From positions 186,190 to 250,189 of the forward strand of contig NHDW01000004.1 in assembly GCA_002170535.1 (NCBI GenBank): a stretch of DNA of 64,000 bases. Direction: 5' to 3'. The position numbers and the translations under genes were made by a program. The notes beneath the pieces were generated by a model. It saw only the letters and a program-made list of their open reading frames with translations. It searched no databases and was not told the origin of the DNA. The first letter of the stretch is position 1; each line of letters opens with the position of its first letter. This document shows, piece after piece, positions 40,977-50,206 of the stretch. This DNA is from Methylococcaceae bacterium TMED69. Its GTDB lineage: Bacteria > Pseudomonadota > Gammaproteobacteria > Ga0077536.

Positions 40977-42104
40977 TTAATCAAACATTATTAATTGCCT
41001 GACAGTTTCTCCCGATGCTAATTTGTCAAATCCTTCATTGACATCATCTAGCTTAATGTGCTCGCTCATTAAGTCATCTACTGGTAAATTTCCGTTTTGT
41101 TGTAATTGAATATAGTTAGGAATATCTCTTCGAGGAACGCAGCTTCCGAGATAACTTCCTTTTATCGTTCTCTCTTCCGCAACAAGATTTACGTGTTGCA
41201 CGCTAAAGTTATCTTTCGGATCTGAAAGACCACTTGAGCAGGTTGTCCCACCTCTTCGTGTAACAGCATAGGCGAGTTCCATTGCTTTATTTGAGCCAAC
41301 GCATTCAAAAGCATAGTCACATCCCCCGTTCGTAATTTCTTTCAAATCAGTAATTATTTCTGGATTGCTTGCATTCAGAACGTAGTCGCAGCCTAATTCT
41401 TTGCCTAACTTTAATTTTTGGTCACTAAGGTCGATCCCTATAACGGTTTTAGCTCCGCTGGCTTTTGCACCTAAAACCGCAGCTAATCCAGTGCCACCCA
41501 ATCCAATTACTGCGGCAGAACTACCCATGGGCATTTTAGCCGTATTTACAACCGCTCCAACCCCTGTTATCACCGCACAACCGAAAAGTGCCGCTAAGTC
41601 TAGTGGAACATTAGAAGGAATTTTTACCAAAGATTTTTGAGAAACAACTGCGTACTCAGCAAAACATGAAACTCCAACATGATGGCATACATATTGGCCT
41701 TTTAATTTGATCCTCTTTTTTCCTGATAAAAGGGTACCGTTTGCATTTGCAATAGCACCAGGCTCGCAGAGTGCGGGCCTGCCTTCAAGACAAGGAATAC
41801 AACTCCCGCAACTGGGAACGAAAACCGCTGCAACATGGTCCCCTACCTCAAGGTCATGGGCATTTGGCCCCAGTTTTTCAACGATCGCGGATGCTTCATG
41901 ACCGATGACCATGGGTAATGATCTTGGCCTAGAGCCATTAACTACGGAAAGATCTGAATGACATAAACCAGCCGCTCCCATTTTTATAAGAACCTCACCG
42001 TCACCCGGCTCATCTAACTCTATTTCTTCAATCGTTATTGGTTTCGACTTCATATAAGGTCTAGGTGCACCCATTTTGTTTAATACGGCAGCTCGGCATT
42101 TCAT
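40977..42104 (-). CDS. Zinc-dependent alcohol dehydrogenase (class III-like MDR)
   Basis: GLCHSD, GHE, structural CxxCxxC-x7-C, GCAVITG and GLGGTG. Confidence 0.92.
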   Translation of the reverse strand: MKCRAAVLNKMGAPRPYMKSKPITIEEIELDEPGDGEVLIKMGAAGLCHSDLSVVNGSRPRSLPMVIGHEASAIVEKLGPNAHDLEVGDHVAAVFVPSCGSCIPCLEGRPALCEPGAIANANGTLLSGKKRIKLKGQYVCHHVGVSCFAEYAVVSQKSLVKIPSNVPLDLAALFGCAVITGVGAVVNTAKMPMGSSAAVIGLGGTGLAAVLGAKASGAKTVIGIDLSDQKLKLGKELGCDYVLNASNPEIITDLKEITNGGCDYAFECVGSNKAMELAYAVTRRGGTTCSSGLSDPKDNFSVQHVNLVAEERTIKGSYLGSCVPRRDIPNYIQLQQNGNLPVDDLMSEHIKLDDVNEGFDKLASGETVRQLIMFD

Positions 42105-42198
42105 AACATATCCTTCATCATTTATTTTAATTTGTTAAATCAAAAATATAATTTTATCATAGTACATCAATAATGAGGTTAATTTCCATACTGGTATT

Positions 42199-42972
42199 TT
42201 GATGCTTGAAGAAGTTATAGAAAATAAAAAGATAAGTTATAGTCTTGATTTTGATGAATCCAGAAAAAGAAACTTGTTTCTGATTCATGGGGCGTCCTGT
42301 GATTCGAAGGTATTTTTAGAACTTAGTAATAAACTATTAAAAAAATTTAATGTTATGTCAATTGATCTAAATGGCCACGGTGAATCAGGGGGAGAAGGAT
42401 TTAGAGGCGTAGTGGATCATGCGTTTGTTTGTGCTGAGCTTCTAGAAAAAAAGAACCTCGGGCGATGGAATATTATGGGCCATTCTCTCGGAGGTGCGAT
42501 TGCCATGACGTTAGCTTTGTATAAACCAGATTTAATTGACTCCCTTATCTTAGTGGCTACAGGTTCTCGTTTGAGAATCCCTGAAACTTTTCTATCAGAG
42601 ATAAAAAAGGGTAATAATTATGAGTTAAATAAAGAATTTTTAAGAAATTCGATGTTCGATGGTTCTAATGATAGCATCTTAGCCCCACTTTTGGAGATAA
42701 TGCAATCTACAAACCCCAAAGCGGTCTACAAAGATTGGTTAGCAGCAGATTCATTTGATTTATCTAGAAGGTTAAAATCAATAAAATCAAGATGCTTATT
42801 AATTTGCGGTGAAAATGATCCGTTGACACCTCCGAAATACCACGAGTTGTTGAACTCCGAAATACCTAGCTCAAAGCTTTCCGTATTTCCAAACTGTGGA
42901 CATTGGCCGTTTATTGAAAAATCCGAATTGTTTTTAGAGGAACTTGATAAATTCTTGTCTAGCCTTCAATAA
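42199..42972 (+). CDS. Alpha/beta hydrolase
   Basis: LIHG, DLNGHGES, GHSLGG, GENDPLTP and CGHW. Confidence 0.9.
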   Translation: MMLEEVIENKKISYSLDFDESRKRNLFLIHGASCDSKVFLELSNKLLKKFNVMSIDLNGHGESGGEGFRGVVDHAFVCAELLEKKNLGRWNIMGHSLGGAIAMTLALYKPDLIDSLILVATGSRLRIPETFLSEIKKGNNYELNKEFLRNSMFDGSNDSILAPLLEIMQSTNPKAVYKDWLAADSFDLSRRLKSIKSRCLLICGENDPLTPPKYHELLNSEIPSSKLSVFPNCGHWPFIEKSELFLEELDKFLSSLQ

Positions 42973-43405
42973 TTTTAAGCATATCCGAGGCGTGACTTTG
43001 AGGATCTACGGCATCGAAATAATGTGTTACATTACACTCGGTATCCAGAATCACTGAGACTCGAGGTGCGTAGGAATCCGCTACTCCACAAATATTGAGT
43101 TTTTTAGACTCTTCAAGTCCAAGGTCTGAAAGGATGTCAAAAGGGAAAGAAAACTTTTCTTTGAAAGATTTATTATCTTCTGGTGAATCTCCGCTGACAC
43201 CAAGTATCACAGTATTTTTCTTAGTAAACTCTTGGATTCTATCACGGAACCCACTGCCCTCAATGGTTCATCCTGGTGTATCGGCTTTTGGAAACCACCA
43301 TAAAATAAGTTTTTTTCCAGAAAAATTATCGATAGAAACGACTTCTCCGTTTTGATTTACGAAAGATAAATTAGCTAGATTTTTACCAACTATAGTTTCA
43401 GGCAT
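42959..43405 (-). CDS. bcp: Peroxiredoxin BCP/PrxQ family, probable selenoprotein (Sec46)
   Basis: Hand translation from ATG 43405 (AGGA upstream) gives MPETIVGKNLANLSFVNQNGEVVSIDNFSGKKLILWWFPKADTPG-TGA-TIEGSGFRD, in frame with track ORF 42959..43210. The TGA (43268-43270) is at the PxxxTxxC peroxidatic site. 148 aa. Confidence 0.88.
43233..43253 (-). promoter_or_regulatory. Putative bacterial SECIS hairpin in the peroxiredoxin gene
   Basis: TGGGTTC-CGTGATA-GAATCCA, a 7-bp stem with one G-U pair, starting 14 nt after the TGA; G at loop position 2. Confidence 0.65.
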
Positions 43406-43418
43406 GGTCGTTATCCTA

Positions 43419-44312
43419 TTAAGTGATTGATGCAGTATAAATCTTATTGATTGCTAATCCTAGTCTTTCCGAGAACATTTGATCGGTCATGCCGGCTGAA
43501 AGTCCTTCGGTTAAGGCTCGAGAAAAGCTCGCAATTACTCCGAGATTATTGTGTAACTTTTTATTTGCTAATTCTTGAGGATATCCACCAGATAACGCTA
43601 CTACTCTTAAAATGTTATCTTGCTTTGATATATCTTGATAGAAATTTTCTTTATCTGGAAGTGTCAATTTTAACATTATGCGATCATTAATATTGAGTTT
43701 GTCTAGTTCCTTATGTAAATTTTCTAGCAACATGTTTTCAGCTTCTAGTTTAGCTGGGCAATTGATATCAATTTCTGGTTCAATTATTGGAACCAATCCT
43801 TCATTAATAATTACTTTTGCAGTTTCAAATTGTTGTTTTACTACTTTTTTTATTCCTGAATGGTTACTCGATTTAATGACTGATCTCATTTTAGTCCCAA
43901 ATATTTCTTTGTTTTTTGCAATCTTCAATATTTTGATTAGGTTAGGGTTAGGCTGCATTAATTGCACACCTTCTTCTTCGTCTGCAAGTCCTTTATCAAT
44001 TTTTAGAAAAGGGACAATTTCTTTTTTTTCCCACAAGTACTTTGCACAGTCAAGGCCGCAAAATTGAGAATTCATTGTTCTTTCAAAAAGAATTGCTCCG
44101 ATGATTTGCTTGCCGGTAAAGTTTGAGTCTGACACTATCCTTTCTCTCATTTTATGCACAAGTTCAAACATTTCCTCTTCGCTGGACCACTCATTCTCTT
44201 TGATTCCATAGTTCATTAACGCTTTCGGAGTGCTTCCTCCACTCTGATCTAACGCAGCAATAAACCCTAAACCAGTTTTAATTTTTGCTATTTTTAAGTT
44301 TTCTGATGTCAT
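43419..44312 (-). CDS. Fructose-bisphosphate aldolase, class I
   Basis: ALDQSGGSTPKAL, GAILFE, FGTKMRSVI, PIIEPE, MLKLTLP, ALSGGY and ASFSRAL. Confidence 0.93.
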   Translation of the reverse strand: MTSENLKIAKIKTGLGFIAALDQSGGSTPKALMNYGIKENEWSSEEEMFELVHKMRERIVSDSNFTGKQIIGAILFERTMNSQFCGLDCAKYLWEKKEIVPFLKIDKGLADEEEGVQLMQPNPNLIKILKIAKNKEIFGTKMRSVIKSSNHSGIKKVVKQQFETAKVIINEGLVPIIEPEIDINCPAKLEAENMLLENLHKELDKLNINDRIMLKLTLPDKENFYQDISKQDNILRVVALSGGYPQELANKKLHNNLGVIASFSRALTEGLSAGMTDQMFSERLGLAINKIYTASIT

Positions 44313-44356
44313 TATTTAGACCTTTCGTGATTATTGTAATCTAATTAAGCGTTGTT

Positions 44357-45340
44357 TTAATGCAAGGTTGGATTAATCCAAATTGCTTTTCTTTTTGCTG
44401 ATACCACATTTACAATAGTATGCTTGTCTCCTCTTTCGATTTCAATTGAGATGATATTGCCTGCTGGGCCTGCATTCCATATTTCTTTAAAAAGTTGATC
44501 TAAAGTTTTCGGTGCAACTCCGTTAATACTTTTTATAATATCTCCGTTACTTATCCCAGCTAAGGCGGCTGGGGAGGACTTATAGAGCCCTAAAACTACA
44601 AATTGTTCTTCTACAACGGATACAAAAAATCCCAAATAAGGCCTATTGCTTTCTTTGACTCCACCTGTCCTCTTTATTTCGGAGAAAAAAGACCATAGAG
44701 GATCTATCGGAATACACAAATTCCCTGAAAACTCGCTTTTACTGGTGGGTGGATTCTCCAAGTAAAGAGAACCTATTCCACTTAGCTCCCCTTTTTTATT
44801 GAGAAGAGCAGCTCCTCCCCAGTTTGGGTGTGATGGTGTTGTATAAAAAGCTCTGTCTAACACGTATTCCCAGTATCCTGTAAAGCTATCACAACTCCCT
44901 ATATCAACCACTACAGTCTGCTCTAAACCACCAAACCCTGCTAACATAAAGCCAGAATCTCCAGCATTAATCTGTTTATTACAATCTGATACAGGAATGG
45001 TAGGAATGGATATTGTACTTAACGGTTTTAATAGCCCTAGTCCGGATTCATAGTCGTACATTACTGTATCTGCCAATACAGTTTCGTCACTGGCTGTAGT
45101 TATCCAAATTTGCGTTGCTTCTGCAATGAGGTAGCCTACTGTAACAATTAGTCCCATCTGATTAATGAAAACACCATTGCCGGTTCTCTTTGTGCCTAAG
45201 ATATCGGCTGTTTGTGCATGCTCGGGGACAATAGTGGTGATTGATACTATTGCCCGGAGTCTTCTTTCCATTTCTTCGTCCGAAATGTCAAAGTTTTCGA
45301 ATCTTTCGCTCCGCGGTTGAACCATCTTTTCGTCTGTCAT
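44357..45340 (-). CDS. S1C/HtrA-like protease-fold protein with PDZ domain, catalytic residues apparently replaced
   Basis: GNGV, TVGYL (at the usual TNxHV), PNWGGAAL (at GNSGG), RPYLG and SPAALAG...GDII. Confidence 0.78.
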   Translation of the reverse strand: MTDEKMVQPRSERFENFDISDEEMERRLRAIVSITTIVPEHAQTADILGTKRTGNGVFINQMGLIVTVGYLIAEATQIWITTASDETVLADTVMYDYESGLGLLKPLSTISIPTIPVSDCNKQINAGDSGFMLAGFGGLEQTVVVDIGSCDSFTGYWEYVLDRAFYTTPSHPNWGGAALLNKKGELSGIGSLYLENPPTSKSEFSGNLCIPIDPLWSFFSEIKRTGGVKESNRPYLGFFVSVVEEQFVVLGLYKSSPAALAGISNGDIIKSINGVAPKTLDQLFKEIWNAGPAGNIISIEIERGDKHTIVNVVSAKRKAIWINPTLH

Positions 45341-45359
45341 TAAAAATTATGTAATCGTC

Positions 45360-45704
45360 TTATTTCGAAAAAATGTCATTGAATTTATCCTCGTTGAAAC
45401 CTACTACAATCATATTTTTATAAATTATAGTTGGGGCACGAAGGTTCCCAGTTGGGCCCAACATAAATGGTGTTATGGAAGATTTTTTTTCATCTTTAAT
45501 ATCAAAATGATTTGTGTTTCTCCCCTTAAAAATAATTATTTTGACAGCTCTTTCTAGGAGGGACTCTGCTTCCGGTTTACCCAGTTTTTTGTTAGCTGAA
45601 ATTTCTTCGATTATTTGAATAGAATTTGCTTCCAAGAACTCGGATGCTTTGGTGCAAGTAGCTCATCCTTTTCGAAAGTAATACCATTTAATCTTTTTGC
45701 TCAT
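45360..45704 (-). CDS. ArsC/Spx-like thioredoxin-fold protein, probable selenoprotein (UxxC, Sec14)
   Basis: Hand translation from ATG 45704 gives MSKKIKWYYFRKG-TGA-ATCTKASEFLEAN, in frame with track ORF 45360..45635. C-terminal GPTGNLRAPT...VVGFN. TGA at 45663-45665. 114 aa. Confidence 0.86.
45628..45647 (-). promoter_or_regulatory. Putative bacterial SECIS hairpin in the ArsC-like gene
   Basis: GC-A-TCCGA-GTTC-TTGGA-A-GC, starting 15 nt after the TGA; G at loop position 1. Confidence 0.62.
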
Positions 45705-46581
45705 AGTTTTCACATAATATATCAAAAGCATACTTATCGCCATCTTTTATAATTTGGCCAAAACTTGATCCTGAGAAGTGTGACCCTATCAATATACTGT
45801 TTTGTCCAGCGTTCTTTTCCAGAATTCTTCTTCTTGTTTTTATAGATAAATCTTTATCAAAATCATAATAGCTATTCCAATCAGGGCACGCTATTTGACA
45901 GGGATGATGTATCATATCTCCTGTTATTATAATATTTAAATTATTGTAATTAACTACAACGCTCGTATGACCCGGCGTATGCCCGGGTGTGCCAATTATT
46001 GTGACATTATTATCTATTGAATAAGGGGGACTAATGAACATAGCTTGGCCGCTCTTGATGACAGGGTTAATTGATTCTTCAATTATGTTTCCATGCAGTT
46101 TGTTTTCATACTTCTTAGCATGTTGAAATTCCTTTTCGGAAAAAATATATGATGCATTTGGGAATGTTGGTTCCCAAACGTTGTTTATTTTGGTGGTATT
46201 CCATCCGATGTGGTCCAAATGAATATGGGTGCATACTATATAATCTACTTCAGTTTGAACAACGCCTGCCGCTTGAATTTTTTCGAGGAACTTACTTTGT
46301 TTATTGGCCCAAGGTAGATAAGTAAGGTCTTTATGATTTCCAATACAAGTATCGACAATAATTATTTTATCATTGGATTCAATAACAAAAAGTTGGACGA
46401 CTATCTCTAGCCCTTGTTTTTCCGATAGAAAAGTTTGGTCTAACCAAGGTATTTTTTTTAAATTATCAGGGGTTGCATTTGGTATTAAAGGCAGAGTTCC
46501 CCGATTGGTTGTTTCGATTACCCTTTTTATTTTAATCTTATTGTCATTTGACCTTATAAGGTAGTTTTCTGTTGTTTTCAC
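45688..46581 (-). CDS. Metallo-beta-lactamase-fold hydrolase (lactonase-like)
   Basis: VDTCIG, THIHLDHIGWN, TPGHTPGH, TGDMIH and GSHF. Confidence 0.9.
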   Translation of the reverse strand: MKTTENYLIRSNDNKIKIKRVIETTNRGTLPLIPNATPDNLKKIPWLDQTFLSEKQGLEIVVQLFVIESNDKIIIVDTCIGNHKDLTYLPWANKQSKFLEKIQAAGVVQTEVDYIVCTHIHLDHIGWNTTKINNVWEPTFPNASYIFSEKEFQHAKKYENKLHGNIIEESINPVIKSGQAMFISPPYSIDNNVTIIGTPGHTPGHTSVVVNYNNLNIIITGDMIHHPCQIACPDWNSYYDFDKDLSIKTRRRILEKNAGQNSILIGSHFSGSSFGQIIKDGDKYAFDILCENYEQKD

Positions 46582-46652
46582 TTAATTGAATGTAAAATCT
46601 TTAATAGTTTAAAAAAATGTACCATATAGAATTAGAAAGGGGAATCAGATTA

Positions 46653-47894
46653 ATGACGGCGAGAGCTTCAATAACCGGGGTATCTATGACAAAATTTGGA
46701 AAGTTTTTGAATAAATCTGTTAAAGACCTGGTGCAAGAATCGGTATCTGATGTTCTAACCGACGCCGGCTTATCAAAGTGTGATGTTGAAGCAATTTTTT
46801 TTGGAAATTGTGTGCAAGGCCATTTGGAAGGGCAAGATATGATCAGAGGTCAGGTAGCTCTCAGACCTATGGGCTTTGAAAAGTTACCTATATTTAATGT
46901 TGAGAATGCCTGTGCAACAGCTAGCACAGCATTCCATCTAGGTTATAACTATATTTGTTCTGGTGCGGCCGATATAGTTTTAGCTATCGGCGTCGAAAAG
47001 ATGAATTCAGAAGATAAAGATCTAATGTTTAGTGCATTTGATGGCGCTTGGGATGTACACAATATTGATTTAAATATAAAAACTTTTGAAGAAATGTCTA
47101 GAGATATCAGTTTAATAAACAAATTTGTTGGAAAAAAACAAAAAGCAAGTGTTTTTATGGAGGTTTATGCTGGTTGGTGCAGAAAGCACATGGAAGTTTA
47201 TGGTACGACCCAAAAACAGCTAGCAGCTGTAGCCTCAAAAAATCATATGAATTCAGTTACTAATGACAAAGCGCAATATAGAAAACCATTTACAATTAAG
47301 GATGTTTTGAATAGTCAAACGGTCATCCACCCACTTACTTTGCCTATGTGCTCGCCAATAAGTGACGGTGCTGCTGCTGCGATAATCTGTAGTCCGGCAG
47401 GATTAAAAAAGATCAAGGGTTCGATTAAACGACATATCCAAATTCGAGCTTCAGTAATTCAAACAGGATCTAATAGAGATATTTTAGATTTTAAAAAACA
47501 TATAACGAGATTGGCTGCAGAAAAGGCTTATGATTGTGGAATTGGTCCTAATGATCTAGATTTTCTGGAGGTTCATGATGCTACTGCTATTGGTGAAATT
47601 ATAGAAATAGAGGCTTTGGGAGTCTGCGAGGAGGGAGAGGGAGGCGTTTTTGCAGAAAAAGGTCTGACAGCTTTAAATGGTGCCATTCCCGTCAATCCCT
47701 CGGGTGGTCTCGAATCTAAAGGCCATCCAATTGGAGCTACTGGATTAGGTCAAATTTATGAGTTGGTCACTCAGCTAAGGGGGGAAGCTGTGGGTCGTCA
47801 AGTCGAGTCACCTCGGGTTGCGTTAGCACAGAATGGGGGCGGGGTCTATGGTATTGAAGAAGCGGTTTCATCAGTTACAATCTTATCTATTTAA
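46653..47894 (+). CDS. Thiolase family protein (SCP2/SCP-x type)
   Basis: VENACAT, CSPISDGAAA, EVHDA, NPSGGL.SKGHPIGATG and QNGGG. Probable start ATG 46653. Confidence 0.92.
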   Translation: MTARASITGVSMTKFGKFLNKSVKDLVQESVSDVLTDAGLSKCDVEAIFFGNCVQGHLEGQDMIRGQVALRPMGFEKLPIFNVENACATASTAFHLGYNYICSGAADIVLAIGVEKMNSEDKDLMFSAFDGAWDVHNIDLNIKTFEEMSRDISLINKFVGKKQKASVFMEVYAGWCRKHMEVYGTTQKQLAAVASKNHMNSVTNDKAQYRKPFTIKDVLNSQTVIHPLTLPMCSPISDGAAAAIICSPAGLKKIKGSIKRHIQIRASVIQTGSNRDILDFKKHITRLAAEKAYDCGIGPNDLDFLEVHDATAIGEIIEIEALGVCEEGEGGVFAEKGLTALNGAIPVNPSGGLESKGHPIGATGLGQIYELVTQLRGEAVGRQVESPRVALAQNGGGVYGIEEAVSSVTILSI

Positions 47895-48614
47895 TTCAAA
47901 TATCAAACTTGAAAGATCGCTTAAATCCTCAATTGTATAATTTGGCTTTTCATAATATTTTCCCGTTTGGAGTGGCGCTGTAATGTTCTTTTCTGAAAAA
48001 AAAACATTTAGAATTCCGTACTTATTTGAGCCAACTATGTCATGTTCCATAGAGTCGCCCACAAAAAGAAGTTCCGATTTCTCTAATCCTGCTTTTCTTC
48101 TAGCAATTTCGAAGATTTTGCAATCTGGTTTGCATGATCGTGCAGATTCAGAGCTTAAATCAAAATCGACTAGATGCTCGATTTCATTCTTTTTTAGAAT
48201 TTGTTTAAGCATATAGTTATCTATATTGGATACAATTCCTATTGTCAAATTCTTCTTCTTTAAATCAGTTAAGGTTTTTCGAGCATTTTTAATAAGCGAA
48301 AAAGACTGGATTAGTAAAAATTCGTGTCTTTGACTAAACCATTTAAAAAATTCATTATCTGCTTCTATATCTGCAAAGTCTGTAAATCTTTTGAAAATAT
48401 CAAGAAAAAGATTTTTATGAAGATAGAATCTTTTATCAATATAACTATGTGTTACAGCAATGCTAGCTTTTTTATAAAGAATTATTAATTCTTGAATTGA
48501 CAACCTCGTTAATTTTTTTTGTTTTGTTTCTAGTAGAATGCTCTCGATAACAGTATCCACATTTCTGTAGGAGATTAGCGTGCCGCCTAAATCAAATAGA
48601 ACTCCTTTAATCAT
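47883..48614 (-). CDS. HAD-superfamily hydrolase
   Basis: FDLGGTL, VSN, KPD and VGDSMEHDIVG. Confidence 0.9.
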   Translation of the reverse strand: MIKGVLFDLGGTLISYRNVDTVIESILLETKQKKLTRLSIQELIILYKKASIAVTHSYIDKRFYLHKNLFLDIFKRFTDFADIEADNEFFKWFSQRHEFLLIQSFSLIKNARKTLTDLKKKNLTIGIVSNIDNYMLKQILKKNEIEHLVDFDLSSESARSCKPDCKIFEIARRKAGLEKSELLFVGDSMEHDIVGSNKYGILNVFFSEKNITAPLQTGKYYEKPNYTIEDLSDLSSLIFELNR

Positions 48615-48617
48615 ATT

Positions 48618-49103
48618 TCATTGCTCGAAATTTTTTTTTAGATCATTTGCTTTTATAGCCAAGGTATTACCTTTCTTTTGATTTCCGCCAAGAAAGCTGG
48701 GTGCAGTTTGGTAATATTCTGCAAGATCTCTTGTTATCTCATAGTCATTTGGATTTAACAAATATGCTTTTTGAAGGAATTTTAGTGTTTTCCTGGCTAG
48801 CTTGGTTGCCTTAAACCAATTCGCGTCATAAGCAAGTTTACCGGTGCTTTTCCCCGCATAGTATATGCATCTAGAACAAAGCGGATAACTAAAGGCAAGG
48901 TTTATAAAAATATCTGTAGACAGATCGAATTTCGACTCGTTGTAACAGCTCAAGCCTTTTTCAAATTTTGCATCAAAAGAGGAGTAGATTGGCTCTCCAT
49001 AAGAGTACTTAGATATTGACATAAAAGATATTTGAATTATCAGTCCAATAACAACAAAATACTTCTTTTTCGATTTTTGGTGGAAATTGTTAGAATCTGC
49101 CAT
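48618..49103 (-). CDS. TPR-like exported protein
   Basis: N-terminal hydrophobic stretch, helical repeats and EYY..AP.FLGG. Confidence 0.6.
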   Translation of the reverse strand: MADSNNFHQKSKKKYFVVIGLIIQISFMSISKYSYGEPIYSSFDAKFEKGLSCYNESKFDLSTDIFINLAFSYPLCSRCIYYAGKSTGKLAYDANWFKATKLARKTLKFLQKAYLLNPNDYEITRDLAEYYQTAPSFLGGNQKKGNTLAIKANDLKKNFEQ

Positions 49104-49141
49104 AGCAAAAGGGTTTTAAAGTCATATATTAGTATATTAAC

Positions 49142-50032
49142 GTGAGGATAGAAATGGAAACAACGTCTGAAAAGGTTTTATATCCTAAGGTAAGTCTAAT
49201 GAAAAAAGAACGACTTTCCAATGGGAAAATTATGCAGAGATTGAGAAGAAATATTGGTAAAGCTATCGAAGATTATCAAATGATATGTCAAAACGACCGT
49301 GTGATGGTTTGTTTGTCCGGAGGCAAAGACTCCTTTACATTACTCAAGTTGTTAACAGCACTCCAAAAAAAGGCACCGATACGATTCGAGATAGTAGCTT
49401 TTCATTTAGATCAAGGTCAACCTAACTACCCTAAAGGCAGGATAGAGAAATATTTAACAGACAAAAAGGTAGATTTCTTAATTGAATCGCAAGATACTTT
49501 TTCGGTTGTTTCAAATACTGTTAAAAACGGTAAAACATTTTGTGGGCTCTGTTCTCGACTTAGGCGTGGGATAATTTATAGAGTTGCCAAAGAGATAGGC
49601 GCCACAAAAATAGCGCTAGGCCATCATTTGGATGACATAATAGAAACGTTGTTTCTCAATATGTTCTTTTGCTCAAAATTAAAAGCAATGCCTCCAAAGT
49701 TGTTAAGTGATGATGGAAATAATGTGGTTATCCGACCACTCGCATATTGCTTTGAGAAAGATATCTTGAGCTACTCTGAGCAGCAAAAGTTCCCGATCAT
49801 ACCTTGTGACCTTTGTGGTTCTCAAGAAAATCTTAAACGTAAAGTAATCAAAAAAATGTTGACTGATTGGGAGCGTGAGCATCCTGGCAGAAAAATGAAT
49901 ATTTTCCGTAGTATTTCATCAGTAGTTCCATCCCATCTTGCAGATAATAAGTTATTTGATTTCGGTAGTTTTGATAAAGAAAAAGGCATATCTCCGAGTT
50001 CGGTCTTAACCGGCTGGAGCTATCAAAAATAA
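49142..50032 (+). CDS. ttcA: tRNA 2-thiocytidine(32) synthetase
   Basis: [33 protein letters not shown] and PCDLCGSQ. Start uncertain. Confidence 0.95.
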   Translation: MRIEMETTSEKVLYPKVSLMKKERLSNGKIMQRLRRNIGKAIEDYQMICQNDRVMVCLSGGKDSFTLLKLLTALQKKAPIRFEIVAFHLDQGQPNYPKGRIEKYLTDKKVDFLIESQDTFSVVSNTVKNGKTFCGLCSRLRRGIIYRVAKEIGATKIALGHHLDDIIETLFLNMFFCSKLKAMPPKLLSDDGNNVVIRPLAYCFEKDILSYSEQQKFPIIPCDLCGSQENLKRKVIKKMLTDWEREHPGRKMNIFRSISSVVPSHLADNKLFDFGSFDKEKGISPSSVLTGWSYQK

Positions 50033-50097
50033 ATATTTAATTTTTTGTTAAAAAGAACATATAATATAACTTTAATATGCTAAAAGGAGGTGATCCA

Positions 50098-50175
50098 ATG
50101 TCTAGTGATATGGATATTGTGTCAGTCAGCCAGAGTATTTGTTTCGTGGTTAGTCATGACTGCGAACTAGGTTAA
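50098..50175 (+). CDS. Putative 25-aa small protein MSSDMDIVSVSQSICFVVSHDCELG
   Basis: ATG directly follows AAGGAGGTGATCCA (50084-50097); followed by a hairpin and an intrinsic terminator. Confidence 0.55.
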   Translation: MSSDMDIVSVSQSICFVVSHDCELG

Positions 50176-50206
50176 TTGACAAACGGTTGACGACACAACC
50201 GATCGC

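Noticed and set aside
42959..43405. Peroxiredoxin as a nonsense pseudogene
   Set aside because: Both halves are intact and in frame, the only stop is at the catalytic residue with a downstream hairpin, and a second gene nearby shows the same pattern. It cannot be fully excluded without seeing the sel genes.
43268..45665. Alternative genetic code (TGA as Trp or Gly) as the explanation for the in-frame TGAs
   Set aside because: TGA ends msbA, prfA, gap, tkt and xthA at their expected lengths, other genes have no internal TGA, and both cases fall on catalytic Cys positions.
50084..50097. Fragment of a 16S rRNA gene on the minus strand
   Set aside because: Similarity stops after 14 nt; the flanks do not continue as 16S sequence.
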